A stretch of DNA of 40,542 nt from Macrostomum lignano (taxonomy: Eukaryota), in contig NIVC01004612.1 of assembly GCA_002269645.1 (NCBI GenBank), forward strand, positions 1-40,542, in the 5' to 3' direction. Under the pieces are notes generated by a model. That model was not told where the DNA came from. It did no database searches and saw only the letters and a list, made by a program, of their open reading frames with translations. The stretch's first letter is position 1. Each line of letters starts with the position of its first letter. Position numbers and translations under genes: made by a program. Below are positions 1 through 11,459 of the stretch, one piece after another.

Positions 1-479
1 GTGCTCAACGTTCTCAATGCGGACAGCCGCGGAACGCGCCTAAGTTGTGTTCGGTTTCAAATGTGGGCTTCCGCGCCACAAATTTTTCGTATAGAAAGAT
101 AGAAGACATGATTTAGCAGTAGCAGCAGCAGCAGAGAGCTCTCTGACAGCCGTGCAGCGCCTTATATACCCCCGGATGGAGGGTGGGGTGATTTTTGATG
201 ATTTTGGTTGGTTCCTGGCGATTTGACCAATAACAGGCGAGCTGAGCAGGTTTTTTTAGTATATATACAGACCCCCAGAACAAGGATAGAGAGATAATCC
301 TTCTCTCTCCGCTCTCTCACGCTCTCTGTTTGCAAAAATGTCAAAACGCAGCGCAGCACCAACTGCTTTCCTGGCTGACAAGAGGCAGCGTCTTTATGGT
401 AAGTTTTAATTAACATCTGGCCAGTTGTTTATCAGTCTAGACGGGTTTCGGGTTGCTGGGGTGGGGTACCGTTTAGAAT

Positions 480-1010
480 TAGTAGGGGTGAGCTGCTGCG
501 ACAGCTGCAGGGTTTCGCGCTGACTAGACTAGAGTTGCTAGGGCTAGCGCCGATATGCTGCTGCGCGCGGGCTAACAAAGACTTGCTTGAGCTGCTGCTA
601 GGGTGCGGTGATAAAGAATGCGAGCTGCAAGGGTTAGCGAGGGGGTTGTCTGGACAAGTTTCAGCTGGGGGTATGCTGTTAATAAGAAATTGGCGGGGTC
701 TTTAGCAAAAACAGATAATCGTTGGGGTGCTGTGACAGAGTTGCTGGGGAGGACTAGACATGTTTCAGCAGGGTTAGCAGCAACAGCTGCAGGGTCTGTG
801 GGAATTGGCGAAGCAGGAGGGGTGCAGCAGAGGCTTGGCGCAAACAAAGACTGATAAGATTTGCCGCGGGTAGGGGTGCTGCTACAAAGAGCTGCCAGGG
901 TTTAGCGCTGACTAGACTAGAGTTGCTGGGAGGCTAGCGCTGCTGCTGTTGGATTAGGTTATTGATAAGAAATTGCTGCTAGGGTGCGGCGACAGGGGTT
1001 AAAAAATTGC
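480..1010. repeat. Degenerate short tandem repeat (gagctgc(a/t)agggttagcg-like units, reading ELQGLA/ELLGLA on +) upstream of the polB remnant
   Basis: Recurrent gctgactagactagagttgct (~519, ~907), gctgctagggtgcgg (~594, ~976) and ctgcagggtt motifs; no long ORF. Confidence 0.45.
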
Positions 1011-1224
1011 AGGCTCGTGCACAAGAGGTTAGCAGTGCTGTGACAGCTGCATACGGAGGGGCTGGCGAAACTCCAGAGCCGGCTGTGAGAGTTGGAGGGA
1101 GCGGGGAAACACGCTGGGGCAGGGGTCTAAGGAATTGACAGATTCTTCTGGTTTTTTTTATCTCCTTGTGTTTTTTCAGACGCATTTGCCCCGCCTGTAC
1201 AGCCAGAATCTGTTACCGGACCGG

Positions 1225-1292
1225 GTGAGTTATCTAGCCCCCATTCTCCAGACAGACCCACGGGCTGACTCACTCTCATTCATTCCCTGCAG
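1225..1292 (+). other. Predicted 68-bp spliceosomal intron in the polB 5' region
   Basis: GTGAGT donor at 1225, gctgac branch-like motif, cattccctgcAG acceptor at 1292; phase-1 join gives VTGPG-FTARLDNQRELPKFRAKG. Confidence 0.6.
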
Positions 1293-1855
1293 GTTTTACG
1301 GCCCGGCTGGATAACCAGCGGGAGCTGCCAAAGTTTAGGGCAAAGGGCGTTGAATATGTGGTGAAGTTAGACGACACAGTGATTTACGCGAGACATTCGC
1401 TAGTATGCTCGAGGTGTTTAAGCAGGATTTGGCGGGGGATGATTTTATGGCTGCAAAGTTTGAGAACGACAACATGCTTAAAGCGGCGCATACTCCTCCG
1501 GTGCGTGCAGCCCGCATGACGGCGGAATTGCTGTTCAAGCACATTGACAAGATTGTGCAGTCGGATGCCACTGTCCTGACGAGCAACTTTTCCATCCGTC
1601 TGCTCAAGGCCTGGGTGCCTCGAGGTGGCTGCGCCCTCGAGAACAAGCATCTGGAGGAGCGCCATGCTTTCTCGCGCCACTATGTCCGCATCACCAACAC
1701 GGACAAGAGCTGCCTGCTGCGAGCTCTGGTCGTGGCATGCGCCTATCTCCAACTTGTGGCCAAGGCGATCACCAAGAAAGTGTGGCAAACAATCAAGGCC
1801 AATTCGTCCGCCCAGACTAATCTAGCTACAGAGCTCCAAATTGAAGTAGGCCTCT

Positions 1856-2128
1856 ACACGATAAGTTATGCACGGATTTTCATGAAATTTTTACCATAAG
1901 GCTTACTAAAAAAATCATACTCTGAAGAGAATTTCAAATAATTTTTACACAGTATCATGGAATACTAAAAGAACCATTTTCTGATAGGAATTTTAACTAA
2001 TATGCATAGTATCAGGGATTACTAAAAGAACCATTTTATGGATTACTAATATACTTTTATACATATCAGGGATTACTAAAAGAATTGCCTTACCCCCCCC
2101 CCCCCTACACAGACTCTTCAAACTGTCT
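1856..2128. mobile_element. 273-bp AT-rich insertion interrupting polB
   Basis: tct at 1853-1855 and 2126-2128. Removing 1856-2128 restores the frame ELQIEVGLSQTGPFGVDVLPE. Three internal copies of tatcagggattactaaaagaa and a poly-C tract. Confidence 0.7.
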
Positions 2129-4198
2129 CGCAGACCGGCCCTTTCGGGGTGGACGTACTGCCCGAGGCGATCCTGGCCCTGAACCGCTTGCATCCTGGCC
2201 ACGATTTTGGTGTACGGGTGTACAGGGCAGAGGAGGCCAACACGTGCATCTTCAACCTGCCCGGCACCGAGATTCTGCACCTACACCTGGTTGAGCAGCA
2301 CTTCAATCTGGTCACCCGGTTGCCAGCGTTTTTCGGCTCCATGCACTACTGCTCCAAGTGCGAGATGGCCTACGACTGCACCAACGCCGAGCACAAGTGC
2401 GCCAACGCCTGCAGCACATGCAAGACTCCAGGTGCCAACTGCAAGGCTAACCGCGTATATGTGAGATGCCATGATTGCGGGCTAAATTGTTATAATGCTC
2501 AGTGTCTAGAAAATCACAAGCGCAAGAATAAGGCGGGTAGATCTCGCTGTGATTCAGTCTACGTTTGCGGCACGTGTGGCTATCTAGAAGAGCTAAAAGT
2601 AGGCCAGGCTCCAGAGAATCAGTGTGGTCACGTTAAGTGCCCAGTCTGCAAGCAGTACGATGAAACTGCCACCCACGAGTGCTTTGTCACCCCGCCTAAA
2701 GCTTAAGAGTCTAGCGCGCCGTACGTTTACTAAGATTTCGAGACGTACGTTGACTCTGACAAGCAGCACCGGGTACACTTGGTCACAGCAGCCACATCCG
2801 TGTGAGGCGTGTCCTAAACTCTTCCCCAGGCCCCGCTGCTGCGCGTGTGGGGGGTTGCACAGCTCAGCCAATTGCATTGCGGGGCGCGATCTGGCACGAG
2901 ATTTTACTGCCTGTCTCCCACAATGACTGTGCTTGCGGGATGCGAGAGTTTGTTTCAGTTGGGCCGCACTGAATTGACGCCTTTTACTGCTGGCTGACTA
3001 GTATGTTCAAGCAGGGCGCTATTGCTATTGCACACAATGGCTCTGCGTATGACGCATTCCTCCTGCTCGGAGCCCTACTCAACGGACTGGCCAAGAAGCC
3101 GCAAGTGATCTTCCAAAACAGCCGCCTAATGTACATGAAGAGCAATAAGATTTTATTCAAGGACAGCCTCAAATTCATCCCTATTGGTCTGGCGCAAATC
3201 CCAAAGGCGCTTGGTTTTGGCACCCAACTAACCAAAGGAAATTTCCCGCATGTGTTTAACCAGCCGCAAAACTGGGGCTACGTGGGGCCTTACTGCTCGA
3301 TTGAAATGTACGGCGGGAAGAAGAATAAGCAGCACGACTCCGTCGCAGACTGGCTGGCCAAGCAGGAGGGCCAAGTGTTTAATTTCAACAAGGAGTACCT
3401 GGACTACTGCCTGCAGGAAACTCTAATTTTGCGGGAACGCTGTCTTAAATACACCCGCCTGATTAAGAACATTTGCGGACTGGACGCATTTGCCCAATCC
3501 AACACCATTGCGGGCTTGGCCATGGCAGTATTCACAAAAGTTTATGGAGCCCACTAAACACTCTTGGGGTGATTTCCCGCCGGTCAGATGAGCAGTCGTA
3601 CAATGCGCGGTGCTGGCTTGCACATTTGAATGCAACCGAATTTGGCGGCAGTCTGCTGACAGCCGACTCTGGCGGCGAGGCTTTCGCCATGGGCCGTAAG
3701 GTGGACGGTTTCGACCGGGAGACTATGACAGTGCTCCACTCCAGTTTCATGACTGCTTCTACCATGGCTGTCTTAAGCGCTTCCCCAACGGCGACGTGCT
3801 GCACCCGCTTAAGAACCAGCCAATGCGGGCAATTTATGAGGAGACTGAGCGCTTTAATCGGCTGCTCTCCACTGTCCTGTCTTATCTCTCCTCTCTAGTA
3901 AAAATCCTGCGATCTTGGGCAAAAATATTTAGAATGTTAGTTACATCAACTTAGCTATATTGAAGTCATACAAAGTGAGGTTTATTTTTAGATGTCATTT
4001 TTACTCATCTCACAAAAGTGAAAGTTTGTTTTCACAATAACTAATTTTAAACTCAATTGGAGATGTTTTCCCTTCAGTTTATACTGAGCCCCAACTGGGC
4101 TCCCCCATCCTGAAACCTCTGGACGCGTCCCTGTATAGGCTCCATAGGCCCACAGTTAATTGGAGGCTGATACCGAAAGTGTGAGTTTGGGCCATTGT

Positions 4199-4526
4199 CA
4201 TCCACTTTTCTCTCTCCCACTGTTTCTGGTGCTCTCAAAGCACACAAATTCTTCCTCTACACAAGCAATATATTGAACACAGATCTCTGGATCCAGGAGG
4301 TTCGCACTGAGTATCTGAGTGACCTGCGAGACAACTAGAAAGAGTAGGCTACTAAAAGTAGTATGAGTGGAACATGTGCACTATGGTTTCTAGACATCAC
4401 TAGCATCATGTTTAAGGGGACGAAATTCATCATTATAGTTTCAAGATGGCGCGAAAAAATGGTCCCTTTCCACTCACACCTCTGGTTTCTTTTCCAGATG
4501 GATACAGCGCCACCGTCGCCAACGCC

Positions 4527-4557
<31 letters not shown>

Positions 4558-4570
4558 CATTCGGCGCCTA
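4199..4570 (+). repeat. Dispersed repeat copy 1: ~300-bp leader plus acceptor-like ttttccAG-ATGGAT and Pro-rich exon (MDTAPPSP...)
   Basis: Aligns by eye with 10487-10930 over the whole length and with 13748-13860 over the 3' part. Confidence 0.85.
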
Positions 4571-4641
4571 GGAAGCAGTGGTCTAAGGCTGACAATTAGT
4601 TAAAGTTAGACTGACGCTAACAATTTGCTTTTGTTTGCTCT

Positions 4642-5022
4642 CAGACTAACTTGTCTGTGTCTTAGTGTCTCAGTGTCTGTCTTAGTATGTCTTAGTGTCT
4701 GTCTGTCTGTCTGTCTGCCTGTCTGTGTCTTAGTGTCTGACTGTCTGTCTGTCTGTCTGTGTCTTAGTGTGTATGTCTGTCTGTCTGTGTCTTAGCGTCT
4801 GTCTGTGGGTCTTTCTATGTCTTAGTGTCTGACTGTCTGTCTGTCTGTGTCTGTCTGTCTTAGACTAGCCTAGTCTTAGACTAACTTGTCTGTGTCTTAG
4901 TGTCTCAGTGTCTGTCTTTGTCTGTCTTAGTATGTCTTAGTGTCTGTCTGTCTTAGTGTCTGTCTGTCTGTCTGTGTCTTAGTTTCTGTCTGTCAGTCTG
5001 TCTGTCTGTCTGCGTCCTAGTG

Positions 5023-5057
<35 letters not shown>

Positions 5058-5248
5058 TTATCTGTCTGTCTGTGTGTCTGTCTGTCTGTCTGTCTGTCTG
5101 TCTTAGTGTCTGTATGTCCGTCTGTGTCTTAGTTTCTGTCTGTCTGTCTGTGTCTGCCTGTCTGTGTCTTAGTGTGTCTGTCTATCTGTCTGTCTGTCTG
5201 TGTCTTAGCGTCTGTCTGAGTGTCTTTCTATGTCTTAGTGTCTGTCTG

Positions 5249-5325
<77 letters not shown>

Positions 5326-5330
5326 GTTTG
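4642..5330. repeat. Compound (TCTG)n microsatellite with tcttagtg interruptions
   Basis: Direct reading; internal duplication agactaacttgtctgtgtcttagtg at ~4643 and ~4878. Confidence 0.95.
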
Positions 5331-5382
5331 AATCTGAATCTCCGATTTCTGTATATCCCTTACATCCCACAATTACTTTTAG

Positions 5383-6339
5383 AATGGACACCTGCTCTCA
5401 AGGCTGAATACCAGGCTCTTACACAGGACGAGAAAAACGCTCTTAGGCAGAGGGCTAAAGATCGTCCGAGTGATTTTAAAAGCAGCATTCTGGTCGACTT
5501 GAAACGAGCTTAAAAATCTTTCTGCGTCGTTATTTCTCCATCCATACCAACAGATAAGCCCGAATGTTATGTTTCTGATAGAGTATCTTCCCGAGTTCAA
5601 GAGGAATTAACTGCAGCGGTGAAACAGCTTTCTGATATCATCAAGAAAGGAGAGGAATATTATCGAGAAGAAAAAATCGCCTCTCAAGCCCGAATGGAAG
5701 CTACGACAGAAGCATCAGTTCGAGCTGAAGCTACCGGACCTTCCAACGCTTTTCGTGATGTGAAGAAGCTGAGACTGTCAATCCAGGAGAAAGCAACGAC
5801 TGCTTTCAAGAGAGCTGGAAACAGAGGCCCGATTCCATGGAAGCAAATGGAGAGTGACAAGCGAAACAAAACCAGATTTGCACGCGGAAGATTTTCTCTC
5901 GATTTCAAGTCACCCCATCATTTAAACAGGGCGGAATGTGTTCAGTTGGTTGAAAAGTTGGAAAATACGGATTTGGTATTTGTCAATTACCAACATTCTG
6001 ACCTTATTGGAAGTGCAGGGCATTCGAGCGCCGCTACACCTGCCACGGCCGCTGCAACTGCTACACCTGCCACGGCCGCTGCAACTGCTACACCTGCCAC
6101 GGCCGCTGCAACTGCAACACCTGCCACGGCTACTGCAACACCAGCCACGAGTGCTGAAGTGAACATCCCGGCAGACAAACCTGATGAGTTTGATAACTAC
6201 GAGCTTGGACCTGGAATCAGTGCTTATCGAGATTTTTTTCACATGGAAGACAGCAGTGCAACAGTGCAAGCGCAGCCGCAGGGAGCTGCTATTGTACTGA
6301 CTAACGCCTGCGTCTCAAGTGTTAACAGTAATCAAACAG
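5383..6339 (+). pseudogene. Exon for a putative nuclear protein: HMG-box-like helix followed by a GTF2I-repeat-like domain and Ala/Thr repeat; one in-frame TAA (5511)
   Basis: Acceptor ttttAG at 5382 and donor GTATGT at 6340. ORFs 5220-5513 and 5619-6425 share a frame. [25 protein letters not shown] is HMG-like; LRLSIQE..FKRA..IPWKQM..FKSPHHL..LVEKL..LVF resembles the I-repeat pattern. Confidence 0.45.
6033..6149 (+). repeat. 27-bp coding minisatellite (ATPATAAAT) x ~4
   Basis: gctacacctgccacggccgctgcaact at 6033, 6060, 6087 plus a degenerate fourth copy. Confidence 0.95.
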
Positions 6340-6751
6340 GTATGTCTCATTCAGCTATAGAGACGAGAGCCAATCCGACTACTATCAGTTTATTTGGCCG
6401 CTCGGCTGCTTTTCGCTATAGTTAAGCATGCATTTATTCGAATTAAGAGCCAAAAAACTGTCTGTTTTAAACTTAACTGATGTTATACTCAGTAAAGCAA
6501 TCCTCAGTCTCTTTGCAAGACTGGCCGCTTTGCAGAAAATGCTGTGGCAGAAGATCTGGTTCACTGCTGTGACTTTGCCCACTTTGCAAATCAATTCTGT
6601 ATACTTTGCTGGGGTAATTATTGTCACTTTGCATACATCCAGATCCCCACTCCTGCGTTGTGATGACCTCTGCGTGGTGCAGGAGAGGCAACAACCCTGT
6701 TCACAAAAACACGGTTGGCTAACAATCACAGTTAGTATATAGCTAGTTAAA

Positions 6752-6862
6752 TCCCAGATCTCCCAGATTTCAGATCTCAGATTTCAGATCTCAGATTTCA
6801 TATATCAGATCTCAGATCCCAGATCTCAGATCCCAGTCTCAGATTTCAGATCCCAGATCCCG
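6752..6862. repeat. (tcagat/cccagat)n 6-7-bp repeat array
   Basis: Direct reading; same family as 7630-7985. Confidence 0.9.
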
Positions 6863-7299
6863 GGATTCTAAACTTTTAAATATACAAAATACAACAGTCA
6901 TTACCTATATTGTGCATATATTCTTAATGTCTTGTTTTCTCATGAAAATACCTGTGTATTAGAACTCCCACGACTCCAACTCCCTCTTCTCTTCTCTGTC
7001 TCCTCTTTCTTTCTACTGACTCCCTCCTCTATCGTGTATCATCTCTCTCCCATCTCCCAATGCACCCCAGCTCTCACTTCTCTCCCATTTCTTTTCCCTA
7101 TTCACCCTAAAGGTCACTTCTCTCCCATTTTTCCCTATTCACCCTGTCACCTCTTCCATTTCTCCCATATTTAGTATATAAAAATAAAAATTTCGAAAGG
7201 ATTAAAATTTTATATAATAGAATTTCTGTAATCATTTGCAGTAATGGCAAAAAAAATAGAAGAAGGGCCCCAAAAAGGGGCCCTGTTGACTGGGCCGCG

Positions 7300-7530
7300 G
7301 AGGTCGAGGCTGCGGCGGAGGCAGCTCCGGCGGCAGCTCCGGCGGCGGAGGCAGCTCTGGAGGCAGCTCCGGCGGCGGCTCCGGCGGAGGCAGCGCCTGC
7401 GGCGGCTCCGGCGGCTCCGGCGGAGGCAGCACCGGCGGCTCCGGCCGAGGCAGCACCGACGGCTCCGGCGGAGGCAGCTCCGGCGGCTCCGGCGGAGGCA
7501 GCACCGGCGGCCCCGGCGGAGGCGGCTGCC
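7300..7530. repeat. GC-rich ggcggctcc/ggaggcagc repeat (Pro- or Ala-rich on the minus strand)
   Basis: Direct reading; gives overlapping low-complexity ORFs in several frames. Confidence 0.85.
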
Positions 7531-7629
7531 AGACGGCGGGCGGGCCGCCGCTGGGCCCGCGTCCGCAAGAGAGAAACATTAGTACGTGCATTTGCTGCCT
7601 AAATCATTTCTATATATATCTTTGCTATC

Positions 7630-7985
7630 TAGATCTCAGATTCCAGATTTCAGGTTCCAGATCTCAGATTCCAGATCCCAGATCTCAGATCTTAAATCTC
7701 AGATTCCAGATCCCAGATCTCAGATCTTAGATCTTAGATTCCAGATCCCTGATCTCAGATTCTAGATCCCAGATCTCAGATCTTAAATCTCAGATTCTAG
7801 ATCCCAGATCTCAGATCTTAAATCTCAGATTCTAGATCCCAGATCTCAGATCTTAAATCTCAGATCCCAGATCCCTGATCTCAGATTCTAGATCCCAGAT
7901 CTCAGATCTTAAATCTGATTCTAGATCCCAGATCTCAGATCTTAAATATCAGATTTTAGATCTCAGATCCCAGATTCCAGATTCA
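7630..7985. repeat. AGATCT-rich array with ~34-bp higher-order unit (ctcagattctagatcccagatctcagatcttaaat)
   Basis: Direct reading; about 5 near-identical higher-order units built from 6-7-bp monomers. Confidence 0.9.
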
Positions 7986-8000
7986 ATTCAATTCAATTCA

Positions 8001-8445
8001 AGTTTGCTCCACGTATACAGCCATTGACTTCAAACTTTATACAATTCTTCAATGACTTATTATTTGTCGAAATATAAAGTCCAAACTCTGTACTTTTTGA
8101 CACAACTATTTGAACAACTATTTTGACACAATCGTATAAAGTTTCGAGTCTCGAAGTTAATTCTGAACGGCACTGTGTACTTTTAAAGTTAGTCTGCTTT
8201 TTGTCAGCGAGACAGCCACCCCAACCTCCGTCTCTCTCCTTCCTGGCCACTAGACAGATGTGTGAAAGGGGTTTAAAATTGAATAACTTTCAGCTGACAC
8301 AAGTTTGCTCCACGTATACAGCGATTGACTTCAAACTTTATACAATTCTTTATTGACTCATTCTCTGTCTAAATATAAAGTCTCAACTTTGTACTTCAGT
8401 TAGAACAAAAACTGTAGGCATGTGAAGTTTGTCTGCTTTTTGTTG
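8001..8445. repeat. Diverged direct duplication (8001-8210 vs 8302-8445)
   Basis: agtttgctccacgtatacag..ttgacttcaaactttatacaattctt present at 8001 and 8302. Confidence 0.8.
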
Positions 8446-10268
8446 TTTGTGCTACTGCACTCACTCATTCACCCAGACAAGGATCAGGTGATAGGGATAA
8501 CTGTGAGGGAAAGTTGAAATAATTTTTTATAGCCTTCTCTGGTAACGTTAAGCCATGACAGTACAGTAAGGAATTCAACTACTGTCCTACTACGAGCTAT
8601 CTGATTGCGACTTGAGAGTATTCTGTGCCCCCACAATGACAAACTGACCTTCCAAGCACTTGAACTGATGAGCCAGCAGATTTGTCTGTCTTGTGTGTCT
8701 GACCATACGCTCGTATATATTCTATATGTACTAATATACATTATAAATTCTAATTCTAAATTCTAGTATATTATATATAGTCGAATAGTTTTCCCATAAA
8801 AGTTTGAACGCTGACTTGCAAGCAGCCTACTAGGAGTTATCGTACATTGAGAGAGGGCCACCGTTCTACACCCACCCCAAAACTGAGCACGCGGGCCAAT
8901 GAGAATTCTTCCACGGTGAGTTAGGCAAGCCAACCCCTCCCTTTGATTAATGAGCCTCTCGCTTTTTGATTCAACGACGGCCACCACCCACGGTGTAAGT
9001 TAATTTGTGGCTTTATTCACCAGTATCAAGGAGCTTATATAAAGAGCTGGAAAGAAAAGGCTATCCTTGTCTCATTTCAAGCATAGGCCTGCATAGAGTA
9101 TAAATATTTGAGCGCAAGCTTAACGGCTATACTTGGTTATTTTTAATTTGTCTTTAAATATAGGTAAGTTCAAGGAATCGAATAATTTTAAAGCGAAAAT
9201 GCCACTGTTTGAATAATTCTTAGTAAAATTCAGTTTTGCTGCAAGCGCACGATATCAAGTTTTTTCAATGGAATATATTGGATTAATCTTTCAACGAGCG
9301 TCATAAGACTTGGCGCCACGTTTTTTTGATTGTGATTTTCGCTTGCACAAATTGTGGATGGCATTTTGAACTTTAAAATTGTTCGACTTCCTAGAGTCTT
9401 ACTTTGATAATACGCTTCATAATAACCAATATTTGCTTAGTTATAAGCATATATAGTGAGTTTAAGCTATGCGCATTTAGTTATAACAGAAGACTTAGAC
9501 ATTTATTATAGGTGGATATTTACAGTTCATAATAAGCTATATATATATTTATTAATAAGCTATATATAGTTATTTCCGTCATATATGTTATCTATCCTAG
9601 TGTCTATCTTAGTGTCTGTCCCAATGTCTTTCTTAGTGTCTGTCTTACTCCACTTCTCTCCCGTTATCTCTCCTCTGCTCTCTCTCCCATCTTCTTTCCT
9701 CTCTTAGTACTCTCATGGCTGTTCTCATGCTTTGATCATGTCTTCTTTCTTGCCAATTTGCAGTCCTGAAAGGAATTTGTGTATTTCCATCTCCACTGCA
9801 GTCTGCAGCAGTCTAACAACAAAGGAAATACGCAATTCTTAGGAGGAAATTTAAAATTCAAAGTACTCTAAGAGAAACCTAAAATTTCCATGGTGTGACT
9901 AATTTAGTAGGGTTGTATTGCATTGCATCGCCTTTTCATAAATCTTTCGCTTTTACAAACCATGCTGAATTCCCTCGATTTGCCATCCACTGTTAAACTG
10001 CTGCAGAGTTTGCCAATACAGAGGACAGTGGTTAGAATTTCTCACTAAACTGTCATGGCTAAACGTAGCCTTTCCACGCGCGGGGTACACAGAAGGCTAT
10101 TAAAAAGTTATTCTAAAACACTGTACATTTGCTATGTACATTCAGCCCTATCGCCTGACCCTTCGTCTGGGCTGGGGGAATGAGTGAGTGAGTGGCAAAA
10201 ACAACAGAAAAAGCAGACAAACTTCATATGCTTACAGTTTCTTTTTCGGTTGAGTTACAGAGTTGAAA
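8381..10268. repeat. Diverged inverted repeat pair (8381-8588 vs 10022-10268)
   Basis: Reverse complement of the right arm matches tgaagtttgtctgcttttt, cactcactcattc, gataggg, atagccttct, agccatgacagt and actgtcct in order. Confidence 0.8.
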
Positions 10269-10477
10269 CTTCCTATTTCAACTTGAAATTAAAACTTAAA
10301 TATTGAAACTAATCAATCAGCAGCCCTAAGAGGAATTTGTGTATCTCCAGCTCCATCACAGTCTGCGGCAGTGTAACAACCAAGGAAATATGCATTTTTA
10401 GGAGGCCATTTACATTTAAAAATTACCTTATGCGAATCTTAATGTTAAAATCTTCATGGCGTAACTAATTTAGTAGG
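9771..10477. repeat. Diverged direct repeat (9771-9911 vs 10331-10477)
   Basis: aggaatttgtgtat..cagtctgc..aaggaaata..taggagg..actaatttagtagg in both. Confidence 0.8.
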
Positions 10478-10486
10478 ATTACATAA

Positions 10487-10930
10487 TCATCCACTTTTCT
10501 CTTTCCCACCGTTTCTAGTGCTCCCAAAGCACACAAATTTTTCCTATACACAAGCAATATACTGAACACAGACCTTTAAATCCAGGAGGTTCACCCTGAG
10601 TATCTGAGTGACCTGCGAGACAACTAGGAAGAGTAGGCTACTAAAATTAGTATGAGGAGGACATGTGCACTATGGTTTCTAGACATACACTAGCACCATG
10701 TTTTAAGTGACGCAATTCATCATTATGGTTTCAAGATGGTGCGAAAAATGGTTTTTTTCACTCAACTCTGGTTTCTTTTCCAGATGGATCAGGATCAAGC
10801 GCCACCGCCGCCGGCGCCACCACCGCCGGCGCCACCGCCACCACCACCGGCGCCACCGCCACCACCGCCGCCGCTGCCTCAGCGCCGCCGCATTCGGCGC
10901 CGAATCCGGCGCCTCCGCAGCAGCGGCCTG
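10487..10930 (+). repeat. Dispersed repeat copy 2 with Pro-rich exon (MDQDQAPPPP...)
   Basis: Homologous to 4199-4570; ATG at 10784 directly after ttttccAG. Confidence 0.85.
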
Positions 10931-11004
10931 CGGCTATAAAAACTTGTGTATCTCCAAATGTGTGCGCAAAACTGTCAAGTGTCAAATTGCGCATTGCGCT
11001 GGGT

Positions 11005-11459
11005 GGGCTGGGCTATCTGATTGTGGGGAAAGTTTTCGGAATTTTTTAACATTTTTAAACAGATGTCCCTAAGGAATAAAGAATAATACCAATTCACAAA
11101 AAATCACTATTTCACTATTTCAGACAGACAGGCTAGCAGGCAGACGGATGGACAGACAGACAGACAGGCCGAGAGACAGGCAGACATACAGAAGGACAGA
11201 CAGACATACAGAAGGACAGACAGGCAGACAGACCGATACAGACAGACATACAGAAGGACAGACAGACTGACAGGCAGGCGAACCGATACAGACATACATA
11301 CAGACACACAGAAGGACAGACAGAGACAATTCCGAGAACTTTCCCTACAATCAGATATGAACCCTCGGGCGAAATGGTTTGAAGTGCGTAGATTTGTTTT
11401 GTTTGTTGTTTTGTTTTGCTTTAAATAAAATGGTTCGCCCGAGGGTTCTTACCCAGCCC
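11005..11459. mobile_element. MITE-like module with nested inverted repeats around a (CAGA)n microsatellite (DINE-1/pearl-like architecture), copy 1
   Basis: 30-bp IR 11014-11043/11328-11357 (2 mismatches) encloses (CAGA)n; perfect 15-bp IR 11359-11373/11434-11448; outer gggctggg/cccagccc. Confidence 0.55.

Larger units (their letters stand above)
1180..3870 (+). pseudogene. Polinton/Maverick-type protein-primed DNA polymerase B (DNA_pol_B_2 family), fragmented and 3'-truncated
   Basis: Ordered motifs across frames: IVQSD..VPRGG, NTDKSCLLRALVVA, Cys-rich fingers (2149-2706), ExoI VY*DFET (2734), ExoII HNGSAYD, FKDSLKFIP..L..KGNFPHVFN, YCLQET, TIAGLAMAVF, GRKVDGFD, FHDCFYHGC. In-frame stops at 2704 and 2731, several frameshifts; the sequence ends before the polymerase palm motifs. 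Confidence 0.9.

Noticed and set aside
116-140. (AGC)n/AGAGAG tract as a Polinton left terminus
   Set aside because: No matching right end, TIR or 6-bp TSD in the window; simple repeats are common here.
550-860. Ankyrin repeats (YAAARG-NKDLLELLLG, LGANKD)
   Set aside because: Needs a frameshift, lacks 33-aa periodicity, and is explained by the degenerate short repeat.
5072-5407. CLSV-repeat ORFs (also 11107-11329 and 14069-14305)
   Set aside because: These are translations of TCTG/CAGA microsatellites.
6519-6640. B-box or PHD-like finger (CCDFAHF..FCILCWGNYCHF)
   Set aside because: Several ligand positions are missing and splice phase to the upstream exon is not established.
7107-7591. Minus-strand Ala-rich or Pro-rich ORFs as genes
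   Set aside because: The open frames arise from a GC-rich repeat; the acceptor-like site reads GG instead of AG and no domain is recognisable.
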